Below, piece by piece: positions 9,411-18,972 of a DNA stretch of 64,000 nt. Origin of the DNA: Escherichia phage Ec_Makalu_002. A program made the translations under genes and the position numbers. The stretch lies in the sequence record MN709127.1; one strand, given 5' to 3'. Each line of letters opens with the position of its first letter. Within the stretch, counting starts at the first letter, position 1. A model generated the notes under the pieces. That model worked only from the letters and a program-made list of their open reading frames with translations. It was not told the origin of the DNA and did no database searches.

Positions 9411-9647
9411 ATGATTAGCTTTAAACGTTTTTTGGTTGAGGCCGCTATTGACGGTTTCATGAGTAAGATTTATTCTTGTAATACTATCGAGGGATTGAAT
9501 GAACTTGAGGCATATTATGAGAAGCGCAAGAAAGAAACAGAATTGAAACCTGCTGATGATATTTCGATCCGTGATGCCATCGCCGGACGCCGTAAGCAAC
9601 TGGAGGCCGACAACGAGCCAGAAGAGGAGCCGGAAGAGGATTTTTAA
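9411..9647 (+). CDS. uvsW.1: UvsW.1-like small protein
   Basis: 78 aa directly downstream of uvsW, as in T4. Confidence 0.7.
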   Translation: MISFKRFLVEAAIDGFMSKIYSCNTIEGLNELEAYYEKRKKETELKPADDISIRDAIAGRRKQLEADNEPEEEPEEDF

Positions 9648-9651
9648 GATA

Positions 9652-9677
9652 TAAAAAAGCCCCATCAATGATGGGGC
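9652..9677 (-). terminator. rho-independent terminator (minus strand)
   Basis: Hairpin gccccatcaatgatggggc followed by U-run on the minus strand. Confidence 0.6.
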
Positions 9678-9710
9678 AAAATAAACCAATTAAAATCGGT
9701 TATCAACAAA

Positions 9711-9887
9711 TTACATTAACAGCATTGTTTGCTCTACGAGTTGTTCTTGTTCTTCGCCGTTCGCATCTTCACTAATCGAACGTTCTGTTACTAGCTGTAA
9801 GCAGTAGCCAGTGTGAACAACGCCGTTTTCTGTCTGGACGGCTAACGCATCCTCGACAGGTTGTTTACAACAAATACAGATTTTCAT
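9711..9887 (-). CDS. UvsY.-2-like small Cys-containing protein (58 aa)
   Basis: ATG with AGGAGG RBS; MKICICCKQP...; position upstream of uvsY; below track cut-off. Confidence 0.5.
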   Translation of the reverse strand: MKICICCKQPVEDALAVQTENGVVHTGYCLQLVTERSISEDANGEEQEQLVEQTMLLM

Positions 9888-9907
9888 AAAATTCCTCCTG
9901 CATGTAT

Positions 9908-10315
9908 TTAGCGACCAGATTCCAGCATACGCAATTCTATTGCATTCTTGATCGCAAAGCCACGAGATTTAACGATATCAAGTGCGCGACCAGCGAAATC
10001 CATTACCATCTGGTAATATGCAATTTTCGTATCAAGTGGTAAGATCTCGTCATCTGCTGCCATGACAACTTTCAATTCTGATTTCTCATACTCAGCGCGA
10101 CACCAGTCATCACTACGGTTAGTGTAAAAGTCAAGACGATTTTTCATAGCCTTTTTCTTTTTAGCCTCAAGAGCAATCGTCTCTCGCTTCGCCTCGCTGT
10201 AAATCCTTAACCACTTTGAGTATACTACCGGATTATTCAGCGCCTCCCATTGCAACTTAGTCGCATCGATCTTCATGTCAGCTTCTAATTGTTCTTTCAA
10301 ATCGTTTAGGTCCAT
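9908..10315 (-). CDS. uvsY: UvsY recombination mediator
   Basis: 135 aa; aligns with T4 UvsY (LQWEA.NN...YSKWL, KSRGFAIK). Confidence 0.9.
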   Translation of the reverse strand: MDLNDLKEQLEADMKIDATKLQWEALNNPVVYSKWLRIYSEAKRETIALEAKKKKAMKNRLDFYTNRSDDWCRAEYEKSELKVVMAADDEILPLDTKIAYYQMVMDFAGRALDIVKSRGFAIKNAIELRMLESGR

Positions 10316-10362
10316 AATATCCCCTTATTCACACTAAGACCTATATCATATCACACGCAAAA

Positions 10363-10761
10363 TCATTTTGCAAGTCTTATGCGTAGTTGTTCAAGATCAT
10401 CTGGGTTATCTATTACTGAAAAGTAGATTGATACTATGATTGAATTATCGTCGTACTGCGGAGTTACTTCTACTGTCAGGTTTCGGACCCGTGGTTCATA
10501 GTTTCGGATTGCCTCATTAATGTTTTTTGATAAGGTATCCACTGTCAGTGGGTTCATGTTCTCAAACAGTGATTTATTGAGGTCACATCCAAACAGTGGA
10601 TCAAATGGACGAGATCCCTTGCGAGTAGTCACGATCAGTAGAATAGAATCCTTAACCGCTTTAATTCCTATGTTCTTTTTAACGTCGTTATTCCACGATC
10701 TGGATATATTGAGATCCAAATCAGTATACATCTGATTAATTGTTGCCATGTTATACCTCAA
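10363..10761 (-). CDS. 25: baseplate wedge protein gp25
   Basis: 132 aa; TTRKGSRPFDP.FGCDL and IYFSVIDNPDD closely match T4 gp25. Confidence 0.93.
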   Translation of the reverse strand: MRYNMATINQMYTDLDLNISRSWNNDVKKNIGIKAVKDSILLIVTTRKGSRPFDPLFGCDLNKSLFENMNPLTVDTLSKNINEAIRNYEPRVRNLTVEVTPQYDDNSIIVSIYFSVIDNPDDLEQLRIRLAK

Positions 10762-11387
10762 AGAATTTTAAGGAAACTGGATAGACCTGATAATGAATAT
10801 ACACCAGATTCCCCGCATTCGCATTTGATCGGTACTGCCAGCGTGATTTGATTTCTTGTTAGCTCGTCGATCACTTCTTCCACTTTATCCGTGGTAAGCA
10901 TATCCAACACGCGGTCAAAGTCCTGCGCGTTCAGGTCGTCTATATTGAATTGCTGATCGCCGATCACGATATATTCGATACATGCAATTACCATCTGCAT
11001 AATATCAACATCTTCTGTAAACTTAGGTTGACGAAACTTGATTTTTACTTGTCCTAAGTCTAGAATATACGGTTCGACTTCTGGTATCTGTGTGCGTGAA
11101 ACATCAAGAGAATATACTTTCTCTTTATTGCATACACCACACACCCAAGTAGCATCAATTTTCATCTTATTGAGGCTGTGACACCATAAGAGAAGAAAAA
11201 TATATTCTGCTTCGCATTTCTCTAGCTCTAATGCATTGATCCCCGTACATTCGTATATAATCTCTATAACAACATCTGACAGCTTGCCAGTCTCTTTTGC
11301 TGCTACCAGTTTTTGAAATTCGCCGAAGGTGAAAGCACGGGCGTGTATCAACTTTTCGCCTATTTGGATCTTGAAAAAGTATTGCAT
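10758..11387 (-). CDS. 26: baseplate hub protein gp26
   Basis: 209 aa; synteny between 25 and 51. Confidence 0.75.
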   Translation of the reverse strand: MQYFFKIQIGEKLIHARAFTFGEFQKLVAAKETGKLSDVVIEIIYECTGINALELEKCEAEYIFLLLWCHSLNKMKIDATWVCGVCNKEKVYSLDVSRTQIPEVEPYILDLGQVKIKFRQPKFTEDVDIMQMVIACIEYIVIGDQQFNIDDLNAQDFDRVLDMLTTDKVEEVIDELTRNQITLAVPIKCECGESGVYSLSGLSSFLKIL

Positions 11388-11429
11388 AATAAAACACCCT
11401 TTATAAACACATAGAATTATTTAGTATTT

Positions 11430-11437
11430 TATAAATA
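11430..11437 (+). promoter_or_regulatory. late promoter TATAAATA for gene 51
   Basis: TATAAATA about 20 nt upstream of the ATG at 11458, in a divergent intergenic region. Confidence 0.6.
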
Positions 11438-11457
11438 CCCGAAAGGGGGATTATACC

Positions 11458-12228
11458 ATGAATATTATCCGAATAAAACTACCGGAAGGTGTACAGCGAT
11501 TTAAACCATTCACGGTAAAAGATTATAGAGATTTCCTTCTGGTGTCAACTGAAATTAAGATGAATCCAGAAGAAGAACAAACTATACTGGATGAGCTACT
11601 AGAAGAAATATATCCAGACGTAGACCCTGCATTTCGTGAATATATTTTCCTGAACGTTTTTACTAGCTCAATAGGTAAAACAAAGATACCGCTTTGCTTT
11701 ACTTGCCCGACTTGCAACAAAGAAAGAAAAATGTTGCTCAACTTACAGGTCGAAGCACTAAAACCAATCGTTCTGGAGGCCGCAGGGCTTAAAATAACTT
11801 TCCGGTATGTGAAACCATCAACCGACTATGCAAAAACGTTTCTAGATGCGATAGAGCGTGTCTCTGATGGTGTTAATGATTATCTATGGACTGAATTACC
11901 GGAAGAAGTTAGAGATCAGGTTATCGATTCAATCTCATTTGCTGAATTTGAAGAAGTTGTTAAGCAGATGCACACGATCAAGATCGAACAAAAGATATCT
12001 TGCTGTGAAAGTCATGACCTGAAATACATAGGTCTTCTTCCATTATTCAAATTGTTGTTGAATCCAGATGAGTTATTCATCTTTTATCGAATAAACCATC
12101 TATTGGCAAAATCAAATTATTCTATCAGTGATCTTATGGACATGTTACCCGTCGAGAGAAACATTGCACTGACACTGGTCGAGAAAGACGTAAAAGAGGC
12201 AAACAATGCAAAGAACGGGGTTTCCTAA
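11458..12228 (+). CDS. 51: baseplate hub assembly protein gp51
   Basis: 256 aa; synteny. Confidence 0.75.
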   Translation: MNIIRIKLPEGVQRFKPFTVKDYRDFLLVSTEIKMNPEEEQTILDELLEEIYPDVDPAFREYIFLNVFTSSIGKTKIPLCFTCPTCNKERKMLLNLQVEALKPIVLEAAGLKITFRYVKPSTDYAKTFLDAIERVSDGVNDYLWTELPEEVRDQVIDSISFAEFEEVVKQMHTIKIEQKISCCESHDLKYIGLLPLFKLLLNPDELFIFYRINHLLAKSNYSISDLMDMLPVERNIALTLVEKDVKEANNAKNGVS

Positions 12229-13315
12229 TGTCTCAATAAAACTTTATCAGGATTATGAGGCATTTCTAAATCATCGCTTTATAGAATTGGGTGCTACCTT
12301 TGTTACAATGACTCTGCGTGATTCGATTCGTGGGGTGAACGAAGGATTGTTGCAATTCTATGATAATAAAGCGATGCATACAAAATTAAACGGGCGGGAG
12401 ATCATTCAGATTTCGTTATCTACTGCCAACACAGATGAAGTGTTCAACCGAATCTATGGGATCTCTCATAGTAATGTAACGATTGACCAAAAATCCGACA
12501 ACATTTTAACATTCCAGTTAAAGAGCTATCACGAAACACTAAACCTTAAATTTTCTCGCGCATTGACAAATAACGCTGTTAATAACGTAACCAGTATGAT
12601 TGATGCCATCTATAAGGAAGTCCCTTTATGGAAACCAGCTATAAAAGGTGATAACGTTGTTATTCCTCGTTGTCCGTGGGTTAGTACCATAAATGACTAT
12701 ATGGATTTTGTGAGGGCATACGGGCAAAGCGTAGAAACCGAGTCTTTCGTGTATTGTTGGGAAGATTTTGATGGTATAACTATAGCCGGACACGATACAA
12801 TATTAAAAAATGAGCCAATACCAGCTATAATCTGTGAGCCTAGACTCATGGGGCAATTTATTGATATGTCACCTAATCTGATGGTTTTTAATTTCGAGTG
12901 GCAGACTAAGAGCAATGCTAAAGTTAAAAATTCATTTAACAATGTGACATACACGACTATTGATTTTGTTACTAAGCAGTATAATAAAATTGTTGTTGGT
13001 AACGGGGATAACATTGCTCATTTTGCACATGGTGGCGCTTATGGGGAGTTGACTTATAAGAATGCATTTTTGGAAGGTTCTAAACTTGCCACAATAGAAC
13101 AGTATGATTCATATGCTACCGCCGTGTGTCATGGTAATTTTTCATTGCGTCCTGGTATGGTAATTCGATTCTTTGACGAGAAGCAACAAGCACGCAATGA
13201 TTTTATTGTTGACGAAGTGGTGCATGAAATTAGCCGAGAACAATCATTAACTCACCTGTATATGATCGGTAACAGCGAAGAATTACAGGAAGTCAAATTT
13301 GAAGGTAAGATATAA
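12206..13315 (+). CDS. 27: baseplate hub protein gp27
   Basis: 369 aa; aligns with T4 gp27 (MTLRDS..G.NEGLLQFYD). Confidence 0.9.
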   Translation: MQRTGFPNVSIKLYQDYEAFLNHRFIELGATFVTMTLRDSIRGVNEGLLQFYDNKAMHTKLNGREIIQISLSTANTDEVFNRIYGISHSNVTIDQKSDNILTFQLKSYHETLNLKFSRALTNNAVNNVTSMIDAIYKEVPLWKPAIKGDNVVIPRCPWVSTINDYMDFVRAYGQSVETESFVYCWEDFDGITIAGHDTILKNEPIPAIICEPRLMGQFIDMSPNLMVFNFEWQTKSNAKVKNSFNNVTYTTIDFVTKQYNKIVVGNGDNIAHFAHGGAYGELTYKNAFLEGSKLATIEQYDSYATAVCHGNFSLRPGMVIRFFDEKQQARNDFIVDEVVHEISREQSLTHLYMIGNSEELQEVKFEGKI

Positions 13316-13833
13316 TGACAGAAACTAAACCTATGTTAAAATTTGTTGTTCCTGTAAAAACTTTAGAGATAAACGGGAAACATATCAAGATCCCAAAAAT
13401 GGGTATTAAGCAACATCGATTATTAAAAGATGTTCGTAGCTGCGATGAAACATTAAAGATTCTTCTTGATTCAATCTGCCCTGGGTTAAACGCTGCTGAG
13501 TCTGAATTGGTTATGCTTAATCTTTGTGCGTTTAATGGTAAATGTCTGGAAGAAAAAGACGGTCTTAAACTATCTGATGTGTATATTTGTACAGAAACTG
13601 AATTTGATTTAAATGGCAAAACATTTAAATTTAAAAATCCGATGTATACTTCTGACCCCATTATCGATGACGCTGATTTCTTGAGTCATCATTATCACGA
13701 TCCTAGTGTAGACTTCCATGACTTCCCAGCTTTTATTATGGATTGGGCTACAGGATTAAGAAAAACTATTGCACTGGATACGCCGGAAGGTACTATCTAT
13801 GGTGGAATTAACATATTGGATCGCCTATCATGA
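13315..13833 (+). CDS. 28: baseplate hub distal subunit gp28
   Basis: 172 aa; synteny and overlapping start/stop. Confidence 0.75.
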   Translation: MTETKPMLKFVVPVKTLEINGKHIKIPKMGIKQHRLLKDVRSCDETLKILLDSICPGLNAAESELVMLNLCAFNGKCLEEKDGLKLSDVYICTETEFDLNGKTFKFKNPMYTSDPIIDDADFLSHHYHDPSVDFHDFPAFIMDWATGLRKTIALDTPEGTIYGGINILDRLS

Positions 13834-15563
13834 ATGACGCATTAACATCATTTCGCGGGATGCGCAAGGAAGCGGAAGAAAATCCGATTGATAAACTTAA
13901 CAAATTAGATAAACTTGATTCTATTGATAATTTGCAAGCCGCTACCGAATTGGTGGCGGAGACAGTAGAACAAAAATCTAATGAAGTTGTTGGTGCGGTA
14001 GAGGATAACACCGCAGCCAATGAATTAACGGCAGAGAATACACAATCTACCGCTGGCAATACCCAAAAAACTTATGAAGAATTGCAAAAACTCAATAATT
14101 TCTCTTCTCAGATGAATGAGAAATTACGTGGTTTTGGCGTTATGATGGAACGTAGATTTGGTGTTGTCAGTAAAATGGCGAGCGGTATTGGTGCGATTGA
14201 AGAAGCACTGAAAAAACCGGAACAACCGCAAACAATGCCATCACCTCAGCCAGTTTTGCCTACTGTACCGGAACAGCCTAATAATGACAACTATCAAGGT
14301 CTTCCAAAGAAAAAACCAGATGTTGATGACCGAAAGAAAAAGAACGCCACAGATAAGCGTAATGCGGATTCTATGGAGAATCTTATTAAAGTTGTTCGTG
14401 GTGGATTTAAAGAAACCATAGGAATCTCTAATAAGGTCTTAGGGATGTTATTTAAGATCACCTTAACCGCAATGGCAGAAGCCGCAAAATGGGGTGCTAT
14501 TTTGATGGGTATTGTTTTCGTCATTGATACCCTGATGGTTCATTTCAGATATTGGAGCGATTTATTCGAAACAAAATTCGATGATTTTATGGATAAGGCC
14601 GGAGAATGGGCTGGACCAATTAGTGATATTCTAACAACTATTCGTCAAGTTCGAGATTATTGGTCTAAAGGCGAATATGGAGAATTAATTAAATCTCTTG
14701 TTATGGGTATTGGTGATGCATTCTATAAAACCTTTATCCAACTTGATCGAATTATCACTACTGGTATTGCTAAAATTCTTCGCATGATTCCTGGTATGGG
14801 TGATTATGCCGATAAGTTAGAATATGGTGCTTTAAAATCTGCTGTCGCTCAAGGATATACGCCAAATGAAAGAGAACTCGAATTAATGGATAAGGTCGAG
14901 TCTGAACACGAAAAAGACAAGTATGGAGAGCGCACAGGGTGGACCGGAAAAGCCCGTGATATTGGCGAAGCTATCGGGGATTCTATTAAGGATAAAGTTA
15001 ACGAAGGTCTTGTTAGTCTGGGTTGGCGAGATCAAAAGGATGTTGACGCAGAGAAGCGACAAGAAGAATTAAAGCGCGGAGAATATGAGTCTGTTTCTGC
15101 TGAACAACGATCTGCTAGTCGTAAACTTAGAATTAAAAGTGAGGGCGCGATCAACAATATTAATGAAGTTATGGAGAATTTGAGCGGTGACTATGACAAA
15201 GAAAGAATGGGAGAGTTGAAAAAGGATATTGATGTTTACCGTGAGAAAGTTCAAGATCCTACATTAGTTGAAAGTGATCGTTCTCAGTTAGAGCGTCTTA
15301 TTGAAAAATTTGATGAGATGTATGCTGATAAAACTAAGGGTGTTGTGCAAACACAGCCAGTTCCTGCAACTGAAACGGAAACAGCAAAACAAGCGGAACG
15401 TACTGAACAAATGCAGAAACAAGCTGCAATCCAGCAACAAACGACAAATCAGACCTCAAACGTAAATAATACACAAATTGTAACAAACAATAGAACTATT
15501 AAACAGGGTGCACCAACAACTAGAATTGATGCCCCAGGTACAATTAATATGGGGAACTTTTAA
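13830..15563 (+). CDS. 29: baseplate hub / tail-length determinant gp29
   Basis: 577 aa; coiled-coil rich; synteny. Confidence 0.8.
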   Translation: MNDALTSFRGMRKEAEENPIDKLNKLDKLDSIDNLQAATELVAETVEQKSNEVVGAVEDNTAANELTAENTQSTAGNTQKTYEELQKLNNFSSQMNEKLRGFGVMMERRFGVVSKMASGIGAIEEALKKPEQPQTMPSPQPVLPTVPEQPNNDNYQGLPKKKPDVDDRKKKNATDKRNADSMENLIKVVRGGFKETIGISNKVLGMLFKITLTAMAEAAKWGAILMGIVFVIDTLMVHFRYWSDLFETKFDDFMDKAGEWAGPISDILTTIRQVRDYWSKGEYGELIKSLVMGIGDAFYKTFIQLDRIITTGIAKILRMIPGMGDYADKLEYGALKSAVAQGYTPNERELELMDKVESEHEKDKYGERTGWTGKARDIGEAIGDSIKDKVNEGLVSLGWRDQKDVDAEKRQEELKRGEYESVSAEQRSASRKLRIKSEGAINNINEVMENLSGDYDKERMGELKKDIDVYREKVQDPTLVESDRSQLERLIEKFDEMYADKTKGVVQTQPVPATETETAKQAERTEQMQKQAAIQQQTTNQTSNVNNTQIVTNNRTIKQGAPTTRIDAPGTINMGNF

Positions 15564-16621
15564 TGAAAATTAGTGTTATCAATGATGCCGTTGATAGCTT
15601 TAAAGCGGGGGTTAAAACCTCCGCTGGTTTTACCTCAAAAAATAAAGGGAAAACATTAACCGCTCAATTCCCCGCTGAACGTGCTAGCGGTAATGATGCT
15701 AGCGGTTATTATATCAACGACTTATATAATAATGGTCTGTTATTCACTGCATACGATTATACATCTCGTACTACCGGATCGTTGCGTGATTTCAGGAAAA
15801 AGAAAAATGTTGCTAGTGGTTTTGGTGGTAGCGTTAATATCGCTGGTTTTGATTTAAATTTGGGTGGGAGAAATGCTGCATTTGACCGAGAGGCAATTGC
15901 TAATATTCTTCTTCCTCGTAGTCAATCTGACGTTGACGCTGCTAGCCATAAGTTTAATGATGTTGGTGAATCTGTTATTTCTCGCGGTGGTGGTACTTTA
16001 GGAGGTGCTCTTTCTAATATGGCATCTACTGCCGTTTTTGGTGGTATCGAAAGTATTACTGGTGGATATCTTGCCGATCACGGTGAACAGATTTATAATA
16101 CTGCTCGAAGCATGTATGCTGGTGCTGACGCACGAACTAAAAACTACGTATGGCATCTAACCCCACGTAGTATTGAAGACCTTCGCAATATTCTAATCAT
16201 ATACGAAACGTTTTTAGAATTGTCTTATGGTTCTAGTGGTATTTCCAGCACCGCAAAAGAATTAAAAGCGGAAGTTGATGCGTGGTATAAAAATACACTA
16301 TTGAGAAAATCCACCCCAGAGGAAGCGAAGAGAAACGATACTCTGTTTGAAGGGATCACCGATTTTCTATCAAACGTAATTACTGTATCTAACCCGACAA
16401 TATGGATGATCTCTAACTTCGGCAAGCGTACATCGTTTGAAGGGCGTAGCGATGCATTTGGTCCCGCTCAGATCTCAAGTGTACGTCTGGACAAGTCGCC
16501 TGATGGTAAGTTTAATGGCCTTGCTATTTCTCCTAACTTGCCGAGTACCTTTGTTCTGGAAGTATCATTTAGAGAGATCTTGACACTTTCCCGTGGTACT
16601 ATATTTGGGAGTGCGGCATAA
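15563..16621 (+). CDS. 48: baseplate tail-tube junction protein gp48
   Basis: 352 aa; synteny. Confidence 0.8.
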   Translation: MKISVINDAVDSFKAGVKTSAGFTSKNKGKTLTAQFPAERASGNDASGYYINDLYNNGLLFTAYDYTSRTTGSLRDFRKKKNVASGFGGSVNIAGFDLNLGGRNAAFDREAIANILLPRSQSDVDAASHKFNDVGESVISRGGGTLGGALSNMASTAVFGGIESITGGYLADHGEQIYNTARSMYAGADARTKNYVWHLTPRSIEDLRNILIIYETFLELSYGSSGISSTAKELKAEVDAWYKNTLLRKSTPEEAKRNDTLFEGITDFLSNVITVSNPTIWMISNFGKRTSFEGRSDAFGPAQISSVRLDKSPDGKFNGLAISPNLPSTFVLEVSFREILTLSRGTIFGSAA

Positions 16622-17553
16622 TGTTTGATTTAAATGACTTTAACGAACAAGCCGCTAACCTTGACTTTCAGCGATCTAACTTATTCAGCGTGGCATTTGC
16701 CACCACTCCAAGTAATAAGACACAAGCGATCCTAGAAAGTATGGGCGGTGCGGTATATGATATTATACCAAATGCATTAAATGACTATTTCGGGATTACT
16801 CGTGGTGATTATACTGACGCATTAACAAATCTTGCTGTACAGGGTGTTAGGCGTGCTGTTGATTCATCCGGTGTCAAAAAGTATCTTTTAGGTGCAATGT
16901 CATCCCGCGTAGTTCAATCTCTTCTGGGGCAATTTGATGTTGGTACATATGCGCTTGACTGGTTCAATATGGCATATAAGACAAGCGGTCTTCTGGTGTA
17001 TGCTGTTAAGGTTCCAGAAAACAGATTGAATTATGAAATAGACCGCAACCACAATGCGCCAAACATTCGAATTACGGGACGTGATTTTGATCCGCTTGTA
17101 TTGAGCTTTAGAATGGACTCTAGCGCATCAAACTATAGAGCAATGCAGGATTGGGTTAACTCAGTAGAAGACCCCGTTACAGGGCTTCGTGCGCTTCCTG
17201 TTGACGTTGAAGCAGATATTCAGGTTAACTTACATAACCGAATGGGAGTTCCTCACACGATCATGATGTTTAATGGTTGTGTTCCTGTTGGTGTGAGTGC
17301 ACCGGAATTAACCTATGAAAATAACAACGAAATTACAACATTCGATGTTACTTTTGCGTATAGGACTATGCAAACTGGTGCTGTAGGAGAGCAAGCCGCG
17401 CGAGAATGGATTGAGGATAAGGCAATAAACGCAATAACAAACACTTTCGGCAACAATTTACTTGATAGTGGGTTATCTGCTGCTGGTAATGCTTTATCGC
17501 GTCTAAATGGCGTCGGTGGGCGTGTGGTGAATACTGTCACTAACTGGTTCTGA
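16621..17553 (+). CDS. 54: baseplate tail-tube initiator gp54
   Basis: 310 aa; synteny. Confidence 0.8.
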   Translation: MFDLNDFNEQAANLDFQRSNLFSVAFATTPSNKTQAILESMGGAVYDIIPNALNDYFGITRGDYTDALTNLAVQGVRRAVDSSGVKKYLLGAMSSRVVQSLLGQFDVGTYALDWFNMAYKTSGLLVYAVKVPENRLNYEIDRNHNAPNIRITGRDFDPLVLSFRMDSSASNYRAMQDWVNSVEDPVTGLRALPVDVEADIQVNLHNRMGVPHTIMMFNGCVPVGVSAPELTYENNNEITTFDVTFAYRTMQTGAVGEQAAREWIEDKAINAITNTFGNNLLDSGLSAAGNALSRLNGVGGRVVNTVTNWF

Positions 17554-17559
17554 TAAGCG

Positions 17560-17592
17560 AAAGGCGGGGGACAATCCCCCGCCTTTTTATTT
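17560..17592. terminator. rho-independent terminator between convergent units
   Basis: Hairpin ggcgggggacaatcccccgcc followed by TTTTTATTTT. Confidence 0.7.
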
Positions 17593-18072
17593 TGCTAAAT
17601 CATTGCAATATTTTAGTGCCTTAGTTTGAAACTCTGCGCTGTTAAGTTCTTCATAACGGTCATAATCACCGTTTAATGCTGCCTTTCTTGCTTCTTGTTC
17701 TATCTGCATGTCAGACATGATAATACAACGATCCCGCGCTTTCATCTTCTCAAGTTGTATAGACTCTTCTTGTTGCTTGCGCAATTCTTCTTGATGCTTC
17801 TTTTCTTCTCGTGCTTTCTCTTCCCGCGCTTCTTTGATTGCATCTTTGAACATCTGCGTTTGTGGTGCTAAACCAACTTTAACGCGATCCACGTCTCGAC
17901 GTTCCATTTTAGAAATAAAACATGATTCGATCTGGTCATCGCTTGCATATGCTGCTTTACATTCACGAAGCAAGAAAACCGGATCTGATTTAGCATTCAT
18001 CATAGCTTCCATGTTAGTACAACCAGTAAGCATGAATGCAGCCGCAAGACCAATCAGTTTAATCATTTTCAT
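17587..18072 (-). CDS. predicted lipoprotein (161 aa)
   Basis: N-terminal signal peptide with lipobox LTGC; charged coiled-coil-like remainder. Confidence 0.6.
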   Translation of the reverse strand: MKMIKLIGLAAAFMLTGCTNMEAMMNAKSDPVFLLRECKAAYASDDQIESCFISKMERRDVDRVKVGLAPQTQMFKDAIKEAREEKAREEKKHQEELRKQQEESIQLEKMKARDRCIIMSDMQIEQEARKAALNGDYDRYEELNSAEFQTKALKYCNDLAK

Positions 18073-18893
18073 TTAGTCACCTCACCGAAAATTGTAAATT
18101 GTCTACGATTCTCATCGCCGAAAGATTCTACTACGTCGTTTACCTTGATGCAAGTCCCGCGCGGTAAAATTACTTCACATTCGCAAGGATTCCATGCAAT
18201 AGACCCAACAACAAAACCTTTATGATCTTTTACGTCAATTACCCATGATACATTACAAGAATGTTGCATCTTTCCGGTCATTGATTCATATCGATTCTCA
18301 CAATAAAGGCTAGTGCTGTTTGAAAGCCATCCTCCAAAGATGATCGGTGTCATGCTGGTCGATACAAAGTTTTTAAAGGTAAATTCCTTATCTTCAATAA
18401 TACGCTCTATTGTCTGAATGTCAAGATGTTGACCGCGATAAAGAGTACCGTTTAACTTTTCGGTTTTATCCATGACACAATCCATCAAATCGACAATCTC
18501 TGATATCTCATCGGTCATGTCTTCTTCCCCTAAGAGAGCACCATTTACCCATTCGTATTGTTCAGACACATAATCGCAGATTGCATTATATTCTGCTGGG
18601 GTTATGTTGTTATGTTTGTAATGTTTGAATACATTATCTCCAAAATCTTCGGAATGTACTTCATACATCACATTAATGATTTTCTTGACAAATCCATAAT
18701 CTTGCGTTTCTTGCTCAAGGAAACGGATAACTTTCACGTAATCATCAAAGTTAATATGATCGCTGATCATTTCAGTGATCATGTAACCATTAATCCCCTC
18801 AATGCCATATGTTTCGATGTAATTATCCATACGTTCCATCATTGATTCGCGTGATTCTTCGGAAAGGCGAAAATCCTGTAATTTCTTGAACAT
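18069..18893 (-). CDS. Alt-like ADP-ribosyltransferase (second, shorter paralog)
   Basis: R-S-E signature: LYRGQ, FVSTS, CECEVILPRG; 274 aa. Confidence 0.65.
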   Translation of the reverse strand: MFKKLQDFRLSEESRESMMERMDNYIETYGIEGINGYMITEMISDHINFDDYVKVIRFLEQETQDYGFVKKIINVMYEVHSEDFGDNVFKHYKHNNITPAEYNAICDYVSEQYEWVNGALLGEEDMTDEISEIVDLMDCVMDKTEKLNGTLYRGQHLDIQTIERIIEDKEFTFKNFVSTSMTPIIFGGWLSNSTSLYCENRYESMTGKMQHSCNVSWVIDVKDHKGFVVGSIAWNPCECEVILPRGTCIKVNDVVESFGDENRRQFTIFGEVTK

Positions 18894-18972
18894 TTTAAAC
18901 CTCCCATATAACAGAAAACGGGGCTAGTATAAAACTAGTCCCCGTTTGAGTCAACCATTATTTCTTAAAAAA

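Noticed and set aside
12697-14524. Minus-strand ORFs 12697..13014, 13293..13661, 13808..14059 and 14294..14524
   Set aside because: They are antisense to the baseplate genes 27-29, which are tightly coupled on the plus strand.
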